A stretch of DNA of 63,614 nucleotides, the filler included, from Phoronis australis (lineage: Eukaryota; Animalia; Phoronida): the NCBI GenBank assembly GCA_002633005.1. It is 11 parts of 11 records of this genome, joined end to end, with 100 filler letters (N's around TTAATTAATTAA, not from the genome) between each part and the next. Parts side by side here need not be neighbours in the genome. Positions count along the whole stretch, not along the records: positions 33,530 to 46,373 come from NMRA01000721.1; positions 46,474 to 48,542 come from NMRA01001955.1; 9 more parts are not named here. One strand, 5' to 3'. The translations under genes were made by a program, and so were the position numbers. Below, piece by piece: positions 34,710 through 47,880 of the stretch (position 1 is its first letter; each line of letters begins with the position of its first letter). The notes below the pieces were generated by a model. It did no database searches, had not been told where the DNA came from, and worked only from the letters and a program-made list of their open reading frames with translations.

Positions 34710-36873
34710 CAGGTGTAGCAGATTCTGGTCTTCTTGCCGATTGTACCTAAAATCAAAGAAAATTGCGTACACAGTAGCACTACTAATGCAGTGCCATCTA
34801 TTGGGAGTAAATCAGTGAAACAGAGTAACACTCTTTTCGGTCACGGACAATCTTGGAAATCGCACACCTTTCATGTTTAGAAAGGTAACTTCTTGCAGGG
34901 TGACACGACCCTGAAATCAACTGTAACATTACTATACCAAATGCTTAATTAGATTCAGTATCCAGTTCAGAAAGGGGTCCTTCAATGTGGCTGTTTGGAC
35001 AATTGTCCCTTTCCTTCTACATGTACATGTATAATGGAAATCTGACATTGCCAAGTATTCACATAATAGTCATGCACAGAACAACAGTATTAAGTATATG
35101 TTCCAAACAGCCAAAATGTGAAAAAGTCAATAGAATTGGCAGCCATCGAAAGGCGACTATTTTGAAGACTGTGAAGACTACTATGCGTCACGCACACAAA
35201 AGAAGTTATTGTTTTATGAAATAATGTTACTTAATCTTAATAGTATAACAAGAGTAGTATTTCACTGGAGACACGTTACTATATGGCCGTATCCGGCGTA
35301 TGACTATGAATACGTACATATCTTACGGGATACTCAAACTATTCCCAACCTTTAACAAAAACTAAACCGTTGTTTTTGGCGCTCGCTTTTAACACTTGAA
35401 CGGTAATATATACCTAAAAATAAATAACAATTCACGTTAACACGAATAGCATAGTAACATGTGGTGGGAGAAACCCCAAACTCCATGGAATAACTCATAT
35501 CTTATGTTCTCCCCACTTTCCCATTGAGGGTCTTCAGGCATTGAGAATTGTTCATTTAGTTTGACACGACTTAATTGGTTTTTATTTACATGCTGATGCA
35601 TGTACGAAGATACTGATTGCCAGATGAAATGGAGATGCACTAGTGAACTTAGTTAGAGGCGGATATTGGGAAAATTCGATTAAACATCTGACACCAAATA
35701 TCAAAGGACACTAAACGAAAATTGCTTATCTGAAATAATTCTCAATGATACTAGTACATGTAAACGTCGGACAGTCCTATAAAGTGACCCAAAATGTCAC
35801 AATTCAAACGAAAATAAATTGATTATTTATTTCCTTAGGAACAAAATCTGTGGTTTAAACTCACAAATGGCAGATTAAAAATAATTCTAATCTCTTGAGA
35901 AAATCAAATTATACCTATTGTTCAATAACAGATTTTATTGCCTTTGCATTTCCTCGATTTGTGTAGTTTCCAGTACAATTTTCGCTCTTTATAAGTGAAT
36001 CGTTTCTTTGTCATTCGCATGAAATCTGGCCTGGGCATTATCCAGGATTTCAAAAATAGGGTATCCAAAATGGAGTAACAATATTCCAGGGCGTCCATGA
36101 TCCCTATGACGCCACAAACCTCACACAACTGTACACAAGCAATCCACCCCACACACAAAAAACACACACCAAAGCTTTTACATATTGTACAAAAACACCA
36201 ATCTGTAGTGAGCTTTTTTACTCAAACAAAAAACTGTATGGACCACTACTTAATTTACGAGAACACCAAAGTGGCTTACAAAACAAATATTAGAGATATT
36301 AGCAGAACGATGAGTGCACTAGGTTTCTAGTGATCTCGGTCAAATTCATGTTTTAAAGTTATCATATCATCCTAACTAGCTTTAATATTTTGTAAAACGA
36401 GTCACCTGAGCCAGTTGCAAAACAGGAAAATGCACAGATGATACGTGGATTATATTTCGGCAACAGGTGTCACTGCTTTTCCAGATTGACACATTTTTCT
36501 CAATTGCAGCATTTGTATTAGTGATACATGTAGGTTTTTAAAGCTGTACTCTTACGATGCTGTTTGCATATATGGTTCGTGACTAATGCTTATATCAAAT
36601 TTACGTAAAATGGCTGCTTTTTGCACAGTGATGTAGTGGGGCGAAGGCGCACGTAGGCACAGCCAACCAACTTTTGGCATTTGAAGGTAGCGCCTACTCA
36701 CTGTAAGCTACGTTCAGTGCTCAAGGTTATATCGTGGGCTTTGGGCGCCTATTGACCTCTTATTTTATCATTACAGTATCGCTTTTGCTTGTCATCAAGT
36801 TCTTGTTTTACATCTAAAATCAGATTCTTACTGGATGGGAAGCGCCGCCTATCGATACTCATCCAAGACATGG
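34710..36873 (-). CDS. Candidate micro-exons 36832-36873 (42 bp) and 34710-34746 (37 bp), possibly downstream exons of the ZU5 gene
   Basis: Strong splice signals: TTTCACAG|...|GTAAGA and GATTTTAG|...|GTAAGT. Open reads MSWMSIDRRRFPS and VQSARRPESATP. No homology support. Confidence 0.3.
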
Positions 36874-38714
36874 CTGTGAAATGTAATGGTCATACTCATG
36901 TTAGGATGATTGTGGGTTTTTGCCCCAAAACACATACGCTGCGAAATGACACGTCCAAATCTTATTAACACTCTTCCTGCTTCATTTTACTTGAAACTTG
37001 AACTTGATTTTAATTTAGTTCAATCGGGTCAAAAAGCGGAAAAGACGCGAATTCAACACAGCTCCAAATATGCTTAAACGTAATGAATTTAATACTTACT
37101 TTTGTAAGTACATCACCAGCTGAAATGGCAGCTTTAGTGAGTGACAGTTGTCTAGTGCAGGTACTACACTGGTGTCATAAGTAACGAGATTTCGGTGGAA
37201 ACATTTTTAAAGCCACGCCCTCTGGTCCCACGATGCATCTTGAGATAGATCCAAGTAACCACTTTGCACTGCCCGGGATGTTAATGGTTTTTTGTAAGCG
37301 CTAATTAATTGTAGGTTCCGGCGGACTTACCCTGGGTGTCCCTGGATTTTTTCAAGAACAAAAAGAACAGCGGGTCTGAAGTACTACGAGTTCACGAATA
37401 ATCCAGAGGCTAAAAGTTTATTTGTGGGAAACATTGCCAGAGCTTGTAATAAGGGAATGTTTAGAGAATTCTCAATATTTATATTGTATAAACTTGGATC
37501 TTTAATCTCTGTTCATATCGGAAGTAAGTCATACATGTAGCTAATACTGTTAATGAGTGGTTAGGTTTATTTAAATGGAGGGTATGAGAAAGGTCATGAT
37601 TATACTATCACTTGGCTCGGTCATCAGCACACGGCTGGAAAATAAGATTTTGAAAAAGAACTGAGAGCAGAAGCAAACCTGAAGGTTTTATGATAATGAA
37701 AATAATGTGATGCTATTGCCATTCCATCTTTTCATTAACATCGACTTATTGCAAGTGTTGATGAATTATACTTTGATTGAAGCTCAGCAACAAATCACAA
37801 TCTGTGAAAACCTCTTTCAAAAAGAAGAAGTTAATTTTAACTTAGAAGCTTGTAAATGTATAACGGATTAGACGAAAATTTTAAAACATTGCTTTAACAG
37901 GTCAAGCCAAATACAGATCGATTTGCTGCTGATCCATGCCGGTGTCATTGCCTTGTATAATTTTCACATATATATGGTTTTATATAACGATTCGTACTGT
38001 AGTCTTGTAATAACGTTTTTCTTGCTATCTTTGTCATTTGTTTCCTTCAAATGTTAAGTAAGTCTTTATTCTCTGAAACAGTTGCAGAAGGCCAAGAAAT
38101 AGTGATGAAAATGAGCTAACTTTGGAAGTCACTGTAGAAACGCCCGATTTGACCACCTGGGAAAAATTTCAAGTGTTCCTGAAGTCAGATAATAATTCCC
38201 CCTCAATTTGTTTCAAAGCTCGTGTTGAATTTAATATTTTAAACTACTTACAGTTTACCTAGATCTATTACATTTGAATCGCAATTGTTCAGTTTATTTC
38301 GTAAAATCACCGCATTTCACACACGTTTGATCACTACATCAACTGTAGAGCAAGAAACACTGAGAAACCGTGAGTGAAAAGCTGTTCCAACAAAAATGCC
38401 GACAGCAACGGTGGTGGAGCAATTTGGCTGAAAAGTGCAATCGACCTTACTCTCGCAGTCCAAAAACTCCCAGTTTCCACACTCCCGGAGGTTGCCCACC
38501 GTCCACCCTTCTTAATCAGCCATGTTACTCGCCAATGTTTCGTCTCTAAGAGAAAGGTTCCAACAAATGTCAATGCCCGCGGTCAAAGTTGAACGAAAAT
38601 AACTTTTTCACGAAAGGACGATCGATATTAAAATTGCCGTGTCAATTTCCAACATTTTTAGCACACCCCCGAAATTGTTTTCGCATTATATCCAAGTTTC
38701 TCATTCACTTTTCA

Positions 38715-38868
38715 GTCATGCCATTTCATACATTCACTAGTAAGACAGAGCTCAGAGGAGTAGGTGACACCTTTGTTCAAGGCTCGATTGTCAGTCAGTA
38801 AAGCCAGCGTTTGAACTCTGGTCTCACAAACAGGAGTCCAAATCTCAAACCACTAGGCCACACTGTCA
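38715..38868 (-). mobile_element. tRNA-derived SINE, family B (CORE-like body)
   Basis: On the minus strand: A-box TGGCCTAGTGG, B-box GAGTTCAAAC, then CCTTGAACAAAGG...TGTATGAAATGG. Confidence 0.55.
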
Positions 38869-40037
38869 CTTCCGTGTTGAAAATGACCAAGGAGTCAATT
38901 TTTCAGCGGTGAAAGTAACCCCAGGTCTCTTTCTCTTGGAATCAAAACGTCATGATACACCGACTATATTGTCGTAATCAAGAAAACCATGGTGCAGTAC
39001 TTAGAATGAACACTAACGTGAGTATACAGTATTAATTTGGTGTGCTTGGAAATCATGATGCTGTTAATTTCATGTTCGACTTTAAACTAAGATTTGTAAG
39101 TACTTCCAACTATGTAATTTCCCCATCCGGCAAGTTAGTCAATTTAAGACAAAAGGCAATTAAAAAAGTTCAGTCAATTTATGTCCTCTTTCTTGAAACA
39201 AATTTAAGTTAAATCTTAAAACGGGATCAACTTAAAAGGTTCCTGAAGTACAATAACATGCATTTTTAATGTAATTGAAGTGATGACTCAAGTCTACAGT
39301 ATATCACAAATCACATCTTTGTTTACTGCCGTGTGGTGTTGACTATTAGTGGAACGAGCAGAACTACCCGGGCTATGTGAAATTTCGGAGTCTAAGGGAG
39401 CTCAACTCAGTGCTACTGGTACCTAGTTATATTTTGAAGTTTTCTTACAGCTAGCTGGCTGGATAGGTCTAGGTATGAATCAAAGTCACAGGAAAGAAAA
39501 CAGAGAAAGATTGCGAGTATGCACATTTTCGTTTGTCGACTGGACTACGTACTCGCATGGCTAATGACCTATATCTCTTCGTGCTGTACAGCCTCAGTGA
39601 CGTCACAAAAAACTGCGCTTGTAATGGGGCTTTACGGAACTAATACATTTTTACATTTCAAAGTAAAAAAGAAAAATACAGTGCACCATTTAGGAATATG
39701 TGGATGGCAGTAACCAAAGGTTATGCTTTCAAAATTCACATTAAAGTGGTGAAACGTGTAGTTCAGGACTTTGAAGATGTACCTTAATTATGCCGGTACT
39801 CTCAGAAAAGGTTCCGTAACCCTTATGAATCGCAGATGATCCAACGCATCGATTCCGGATCGGCAAACACGTTTAAATAAATAACCTTTTCTCATCTCCG
39901 CCATCACCATCTCAACTTTTTCCGAACAATGTAACAGAAACGCGGACTCACGGTACATGATCCCAATGCACTACATGCAACTTGCAACCTTACACATACC
40001 TGCACGACCTTTCGACACCTTTTGAACAAGTACTTAC

Positions 40038-40889
40038 ATGTATATGAACCTTCTCAGACCTGCGCAAAAGTGGTGTAGGAGAGTTTGGTTTCCTCAGCTC
40101 CACATTAACCCTGCCAGCTACAATTGGTTTAACGCCAGGCTTAGATTCTCCAAATGATGTACCAGTACTTTCACAACAGTCCCTGTCAAGCTCAAACTCA
40201 TGCGAGATCAGTTCCTTTTCGTTACTGTTAGCGCCCAGGCACTCAACTTCAAAGATGAGTGTGGTTTTATTTGTCAAGCACATATTTTGACTTATACATT
40301 GGTGTTGAAGGTCACCTGAACAGGTGACATCTAAGCCATGGCAAAATACCATAATTGTCAACCCTCCATGAGGTTCACCTTCTATATACGGGCATAACTT
40401 GCACGTGTACGACGTAAATATAATATTTTTTAAGGGTCTGAGAAGTTTGGCAGCGCCCACCCATGCAGTATGAAGAATCGAAAATGTTTTGCAGCAGAAG
40501 AATATTTCGTCACCATGTACCCTGAAATTGCACTCTTCAGTAACATCGGTTACTTCACCATTCTTTTCACGCAAGATGCGAAAGCCTTCTCTGTCTAGTT
40601 GTTGGAGATGTGGTCCTTCCAACATTGTTCTAACAGTCACTCGCACTTCGACTGGCTCTGAGAATATCACATCTTCATCCGCACAAGTCACGCATATTCT
40701 CTGACGATGCAGTGTAGCCCTGCCGTTCGTGTTGTCAATCACTGCTTGCACTAATAACGGCTGATCTACTATTTCAACGTGTATGTGTCCAGATACTGCA
40801 TTTGAAGGTACTCTAAATTCAACCTCTTTCCAGCGAATAACACCACCAGTCGTTCCATTTATAATCGCTATAGGGATAAAAAGTGACAT
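40038..40889 (-). CDS. ZU5 domain followed by a UPA-like region (ankyrin/UNC5/PIDD-type module), large exon
   Basis: GGVIRWKEVEFRVPSNAV (ZU5 start), VIFSEPVEVRV, and the domain end CKTFS, followed by a Cys-rich beta-type region. Strong donor CAT|GTAAGT at 40037; the ORF otherwise runs to 39990. Confidence 0.7.
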
Positions 40890-43800
40890 TTATCAAATTT
40901 TGGGAGAAATTGAAGCGACAGTCCACTAAAACGCTGTTCTGTGTCTTCATAGTGATTTTAATAGCGACCACTTCCATCTTCAAATAAGGGTTCTCAACAT
41001 CTGCATTAGTAATTTTGTATCTGCTCTTTCAATAACAACCTTTATCATACGTTGGAGCTTTATGGAACCTTGCCAGAAATGGTTCTCGTAATGTACGCGT
41101 CAGCGCACTCTCAAATATTTGAGTAATTTATATTTTATGAAAGTACATGTTTCAGTGTAGCTACTACACTAAAGATAACAATACGCACCATTCTCCCTTT
41201 CATCTACAGGCGAACGTGGCCGATTTACTGGCTTCTCGGACAGGCCGTCATGTTTTTGAAAAATGTCGACCTCGTAATGAGTTTTCGGAGCACGTGCTTT
41301 TGGAGCTGAAACTGATTAATTTGTTCAGGTTACACATTGCATTCATCGGGTAAAATTACCAAATGTTTTGAAACAGGATTTTTGAGGTACAGTGTAATTG
41401 ACCTTATTTGGCTCCACGGTAGTCTGAGGACAGAATCCTACGTCAGACAGACAAACATTCTGGTTGATGCACCAGGTTTGATTCATACATATACATTTTA
41501 TAGTTGCGAAGTGTTTCGTAGCAATTAGTTTGTTCTAAACACACTCTGGTTTTACGTCAAGTTTCATGAGTTCGCAGAAATTTAAAGAGAGAGCACTGAT
41601 TCTGACGAGCTTCTTAAAAAGTTCTTGCAAGTGACGTTCGATTCAATAGAGGTCATGAAACATTATTTAGGACTTGTATTTTAGGTCGTACGATGGTCCT
41701 AGAACATGCATACATGCATTTTGTTCTAGTCAGTAACTGATGAAATTAGTACACCAGAAGGTAACGATTCGCACCTTTCGTAAACTCTAGCTTACGGGTG
41801 ATGTTTCCTAAAACTACTGGTTGTTCGATGAATTGCATCGGAATGCTTTTAGTGAAAGCTTTAAATTCCGAATAGATTACTTGGGTCGAGGAGAGATAAG
41901 GTTAAACTAAAGTCGAAAACTCCTCATACATATCACAGACAAATTTCAAGTAGAACCTTTGCCAGCGGATGGATAAATCGATGTACTGTATAGTTTTAGG
42001 AATTGGTATGAAGAACTGCATTTATAGTTTTTGGATATTTAGGAAATGTAAGACATTTGACAACAGTTAATGATTTTTGCTTAAAATATAAAGAAAACGA
42101 AAATAAATCTGTCACCATTGCGAAACGCATAGGTGTTGAAAACACTTGATTCATCTTTGGCTCGGCATTGAAGACAATTTGGTATTCATGTGAATAATTG
42201 GTGAAATTTAAGTGTACCAAAAATCGAGCTTAAATGATATGTTACATTTTACACAGGTTATGATTTACAGTTATGGAGCGCAATTAGGGAGTCAGAAATT
42301 AAGAAATTGAGGAAAATTAAAAAAGAATGAATATTTTCCCATACCATTTTCAAAAGGTAAGAATCTAAAGAACTAGTATAGGAAGTAGACATTGTTTTTA
42401 AAAATAAGAAAATAAGGAAAAGTATGAGCTTCACGAAACCTGCTCCCGTTCAGTAACGCGAGGACCTCACTAAAAAGCCAGTCTTCGGGAGATTTCATGA
42501 AATCTTGTTATATATTTTAAATGGGAACACATGGCTTTGGGTAGGTTCAAGCTAGGTCCTAGCTTAGGTCCTAGCGTTACTGTACCCACGCCTGACTTCT
42601 ATTAGAGACGGCGACTACCTTTAATTTAATGGAGGTATGAAGCACTATCCTCGAGACAAGCGATGCCAACAAACTACATGTAAATGCAGATTTGACAAAT
42701 GTTACTGGTTAAATGTACTGCACGTACCTAAGAGAAATTGAGAAACATTCACAATCATTTTTCATTCCATGTTTTTCTCACATCAATTTTATTTATATCT
42801 CACACCATTGTTGTAATTTTACCCACTTTGAAGAAGCGGTAAAGAACAACAAAGCAAAAAGCGAACAGGTACGCTACTATATATACATGTATGGAAACGT
42901 TCTGTCTTCAAACAGAAATAAATCGCCATGCCTTTGTTTTTTTTAATACAATCAAACTTCTTTAATAAACCATGGGATTTCCAGTTTTCGAAAAATATAT
43001 GATTTTAAGCAAAATTCATACCTGCTATCATTATTCAGTTAAGGCCTGTTATGTAGTCATGCTTAAACTCTAATTCAAAATTCGAAAGTTTAAAATAGTG
43101 CCGTAGAATTGGTTGTCATCCCAAAATTGTCTTAACAATACGTTATATGGAATTTGCCCTTCGTTGCAAAATTCTTATTCTCACGCTACTGAAAAAAGAT
43201 AAACATCCTTGGTCATTCACAGGGAAAGATTTAATCTAATGGGGAGTGGATTTCCAAAGTTTGAGAGGCCCCATTGTGAAAACGATGATTCTGTGAAATT
43301 TAATTCATTCAAATTAGAGAATATTAGAAACAAATTCTGGGTCTGCATGGATTCTGATTTCTTATACATTGTCGTCAATCAAATAACAATTGGAACCCTC
43401 ATTTAGTTTATGAACATTTGACTATTTGACTTACTGCTTAGGTTGATATAAATCTCACCATCATTGATGACACTGCCATTAAATTTGAAATAAAGTTCGA
43501 GTGAGACGTAGTCCTAGTGGTCCTCAATATCTTAAGTCACGGATTAATTTCTATCTGTGGCAAGCTCATTAATGATTTGCACTTGCAGTGTTGGCTGGAC
43601 AGTTAAAGGTGTATGTGACTGCTACGACTGGCATTAACTTGTTCTGAGTATACGATGGTTATTTTGTCACACTTTAACTCACATTTTGCTCTTCCTTCAC
43701 TTTTCTTAAATACTTATTGCTGGCATGCGGAAAGTTTAGCGGAAACTTCAGGAGCTGTTCAAATATTTTGGATTTGTAAAAACGTTTAGCTAGTCGACAT

Positions 43801-46145
43801 TCACTTTTCACCTGATTAATATAATGTGGAGTAGTTTGGCTGTTTGAACACAATATCATTCATTCCGTAATAATCGCATGCAAACCGTGGATTTGGGGTT
43901 AAAACCATTGATTTTGTTAGTTTGTTAATAACCGTCTGCACTTACGGTAGCCGTAACAGAAGGAAAGGTTAAATTTGAATAAGTTTCAACAGTCAATGTT
44001 CAGCGCCACCCAGTGGTGTAATACGACTGTAGTGACCCTTTCAGGTGTACCATCACGTCCAAGCTTCACTGTTAAATCCATCGGCTTACAACAAAAAAAA
44101 CATTGAAATTGAGCTTTTAACTTCGCGCCAAGACTCGCATTTCCATTCCCTTAACGTCAACGCTACATGTAAGTTGACACTAGTAACAAGTAGGCCTAAC
44201 CATTTCTAGCCCAAAACATCTATACAACCTGTTGATGGTTGACTTTATAGTATTTGAAACAGCAGACGCACGTGACATGCACTAAACCATGACAAATTTA
44301 TTAAGGGTGTTATATAATACCTTAATATTTACAAAAAATCTGAAATTACGCAATTGTGCAACAAATATTATTTCTTCTTATAGAAATACAATTCACCTCC
44401 TTTGATATTTACTGTGATTAAGCTTAGCTCCGCCTACCACGCACTGAGTTCTGTGAATACTAATTTGTTTATGAATGGCTGAGTGCACTCAGGTCGCTGA
44501 GATCCCACCCGGGTTATCCGGCATGTTGAGACCCTCTTGTGAATGTTGTCATACTGGTCGGAAGTGATTTGTGTTGCTGGAGGCTCAAGACATCATTAAG
44601 TTATTATTTACTGTCATTTACCGCTTTGCTTTTAATTCGTCTTTAATATGATCTACTTTCCGAGTTACGTGTATGTGTGTTTGAACTGTTACTGAATATT
44701 ATGTGTGTTCGAGTTCCACGAACGATCAGACTGACAAACATATCACTTGTAATGCATTGCGAAACAAAGTTCTACATGTATACTGCCCCGAGCAACATGT
44801 TCTTTGACTCGCATTCAACTACACTCTAAAATATCTCGTTTTGCAAAACTGTTTCATGTAAATGGACACGCAGATATTTCATGCTTGCCAAATGAAAGAA
44901 GACACGGTTTTTATTATTGTTCATTTCGTTATCAAATGACTGCGTGAAAATTGAAAGTACTAGTATACGGTTCTCTATATTTTAACAGTTGTTTAAGTGT
45001 CTCAGTTGTGGTCTTTGCTTTAAATCGTAATTTATATGTATCTTTTTTGTCTTTACTGGTTATACTTGTAGACAGTGTGTACATTCAAATTTCTTGAAGA
45101 ACAACATTAACCTTGATCAAAAATGAGTAGTCGTATGCTGTTTGAGATCAGGCTATATTGGCACAATTGAGGTGCTGTCGTTGATTTTACGCCACGGGAA
45201 ATCCCAGTTATCAAAACGGGCTATAACGATGGATGTCCCAGAGACCTGACGGAGGAAAGGTGGAATAAAGTACCATATTTTGTCCCGGTCACATTTACTT
45301 TGTGCACTTGAGGTCAGATGTCTGTCACTTGTGAGAGTCAAAAAGACTGTATGTGTAAAGTTGTCCAGATTCTAAAGGAATACGGAAGGGTGCTGGAATT
45401 TACGTCACGTAGCCAGTTTGTCCCAGTTGAAGATATTCAGGACTTTACATTGCGCAGTTCTTGGTTGTGCGAGATTTAGGAGCATGGTAAAAATATTACA
45501 CAACCTATTAAGTCACACATGGAGTACTAATGATTGTTGTAAGCAAGGAAGGGGATCGAACACGTTTCGCATGTACATGTACTGTATAAGCAGTGTTTAC
45601 AGGAACAAGTGTCCAGCAATAATATGCACAAGGAGAGTTTTTGGTAAGAAATCTCACCTTTTTTCAGAACCAGACATAGAGAAAAATTTCTGATGAGATA
45701 AAGTGAGTGACCGCATGCATAAACACGTATACCCACTTCTAAAAAAGAGTCCCAACTCCATTGCGGCAAGATAGAGTGACCCAATTTGCAGCTTGTACTT
45801 CAAGTTTGTTCACTGGTTTTGATGGTGTTTTTTCACTCTTAATTTAATTTCAAATGCACGGGGGTTACTGTTGTCGCCAGTTCCAGTGGTTGGTAGCATC
45901 TTCTGCCGTGCATTAATAATGGGTGTGTTTGAGAAATAGATATTTCAAGATCAAAAGTGTACCACAGACTCCTATAATACTCAGCAAGTTTATTTTTCAT
46001 AAAAACACTCTCTTTTTGCAGTTATAATAGTCAAGTCCCGGACACAGTAGTCCCGGGCTGATTAATGATAATAATTAAATCACGTAGATTCTGGAATGCC
46101 GTGCAGTTTCCGACATATACAAAATAAAATAGTGAAATAGTAAAA

Positions 46146-46373
46146 CTATGACCGGTATTGTTTTTGCTGTCTATTGTATACCACTATTTGGTCCACTGTG
46201 CGATTTCGTTTACATCCATCTATATGTTTCCGATAGGTAGTCTGTGTTATTCCCTTGGCAAAGTGACTGTACTTCGGGAGCAAGTTTTCTGTTATACAGA
46301 ATTTGTTGAAAGCACGACACTTTTCATTGTTCACGGTCTTTATTCCGTTGCGTTTATACTTTTTGAACAAAAC
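46146..46373 (-). mobile_element. Penelope-like element ORF N-terminal relic
   Basis: FKKYKRNGIKTVNNEKCRAFNKFCITENLLPKYSHF; homologous to 28261-28348. Confidence 0.45.
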
Positions 46374-46499
46374 NNNNNNNNNNNNNNNNNNNNNNNNNNN
46401 NNNNNNNNNNNNNNNNNTTAATTAATTAANNNNNNNNNNNNNNNNNNNNNNNNNNNNNNNNNNNNNNNNNNNNTCTTAACCAGTTATTCCTCGTTCCAG

Positions 46500-46655
46500 C
46501 GACCATTCTTCCAACTCCTCCCGCTGATAACTCTTGCGGTAAGGACAAGTTCGTGTGCGTGTCGGCGTCCACTAAACTGCTGACTTGCTTTCTGGAACTG
46601 CAGCGATGCAATGGCAAAGTGGACTGTTTGAGTGGCGAGGATGAACAGCACTGCG
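46500..46655 (+). CDS. LDL-receptor class A domain exon
   Basis: TTCCAG| acceptor, |GTAAGT donor, 156 bp, phase 1-1. SCGKDKFVC...C....RCNGKVDCLSGEDEQHC has six Cys and the DCxxGEDE signature. Confidence 0.9.
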
Positions 46656-46732
46656 GTAAGTACCTGTATTGTGGTGGGCCGGGCCTATTCACTAGTGGTG
46701 TGACAGGGTTCAGAGTGGAACCTGTGGAAGGG

Positions 46733-46840
46733 CAATAGTAGAATATAACGTTCTTGTATTTTGAGAACCAGTTTGATGCCCGTTATTCAGTGGCGGAAAC
46801 TGGTTCTCAAAATACAAGCACGTTATATCCGACCATTGCC
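46733..46840. mobile_element. Short palindromic MITE in the LDLa-CUB intron
   Basis: About 45-bp arms: GGCAATAGTAGAATATAACGTTCTTGTATTTTGAGAACCAGTTT and AAACTGGTTCTCAAAATACAAGCACGTTATATCCGACCATTGCC. Confidence 0.75.
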
Positions 46841-47185
46841 TATTGAAGTGTAGTGGTAGTGACAATGTTGGTTGTCAGTGGTGAGGACCAACAGCAATGT
46901 GATTAGATACGGTGGTTAATTTTAAGGTGAAATCTCAGACACCAATTCAGGACAATACTATTAACAAACTGTCTTATAGTTATAGTATTTTAATGGCAAA
47001 TACATTGCCGGTAGAAAGTCTTTAGTTGAACGCTTGCGTACACCACTTGCGGAGATTGTCAAGATGTGGTTGTTGAAGGGCATTAGAAGGATTGTTGTGT
47101 ATTTACAAAATACAACTAGATAGTGTTCTGCCCTCATGGGCATTGAAACATGCAGGACATTCTATGCTTTTTGCTATCTGTATAG

Positions 47186-47539
47186 ATTCTAAGAAGAAAT
47201 GTGGCAAGATACTATCATCGGATAAAGGTGGTTACTTCACGTCGCCTAACTTCCCCAACAAGTATCCGATGAACACCGACTGCGAATGGGTCATACTAGT
47301 CCCGCAGAAGGACGTCATTCAGCTACGCTTCGACGTGTTCCAGCTCGAGTCTGGCTACAACACAGACTACATTACCATTTACGACGGGCAAGATCAGAAC
47401 AGCGACCAGATTGGCAGGTTCTATGGGAAGCGCCTCCCCCCACCTGTCATCCAGTCGACGTCATACAAGATGTTTGTCAAGTTCCACTCCGATGCCAGCA
47501 TAACGCAGCTAGGGTTCAATGTCACGTATCAAGTCAAAG
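47186..47539 (+). CDS. CUB domain exon (same gene as the LDLa exon)
   Basis: CGKILSSDKGGYFTSPNFPNKYPMNTDCEWVI...FDVFQLE...DYITIYDG...FHSDASITQLGFNVTY. 354 bp, phase 1-1, TATAG| acceptor and |GTATGG donor. Confidence 0.93.
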
Positions 47540-47668
47540 GTATGGCAGTGAGAGTGGCAACAGTGCCAGTAGCACGTGTGTGTGTTTGCGTGCGCGTGTG
47601 TGTGCTTACTGTGATGCTGTTGTTAAAAAGCTACATTCGTGACAATAAGGTTATGGGTTCAATAAGTT

Positions 47669-47880
47669 GAGGCAGTGTGGCCTAGTGAGATAAGTTTCTG
47701 CTTTCACTGCTCAATGTCGTGGGTTCAAGTCTCACTGGGGCTCACTGTTAGACCCTTGAGGCACGTCTCAAGCTCCTCAGCTCGGTTTTAACTATTTATT
47801 AATGAAGCATAAAGATGGTCGTAGGTGATCAGTGCATTGGTCCCACCTGAGCAGCCCATGCATGTCTGATACAACGTGTA
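47669..47880 (+). mobile_element. tRNA-derived SINE, family A
   Basis: A-box TGGCCTAGTG and B-box GGTTCAAGTCT; the body aligns to 6778-6983 over its full length. Confidence 0.8.

Noticed and set aside
35505-35545. Hammerhead-like CTGAAGA...GAAA on the minus strand
   Set aside because: Stem II is only 2 bp, and stems I/III and the cleavage triplet cannot be formed.
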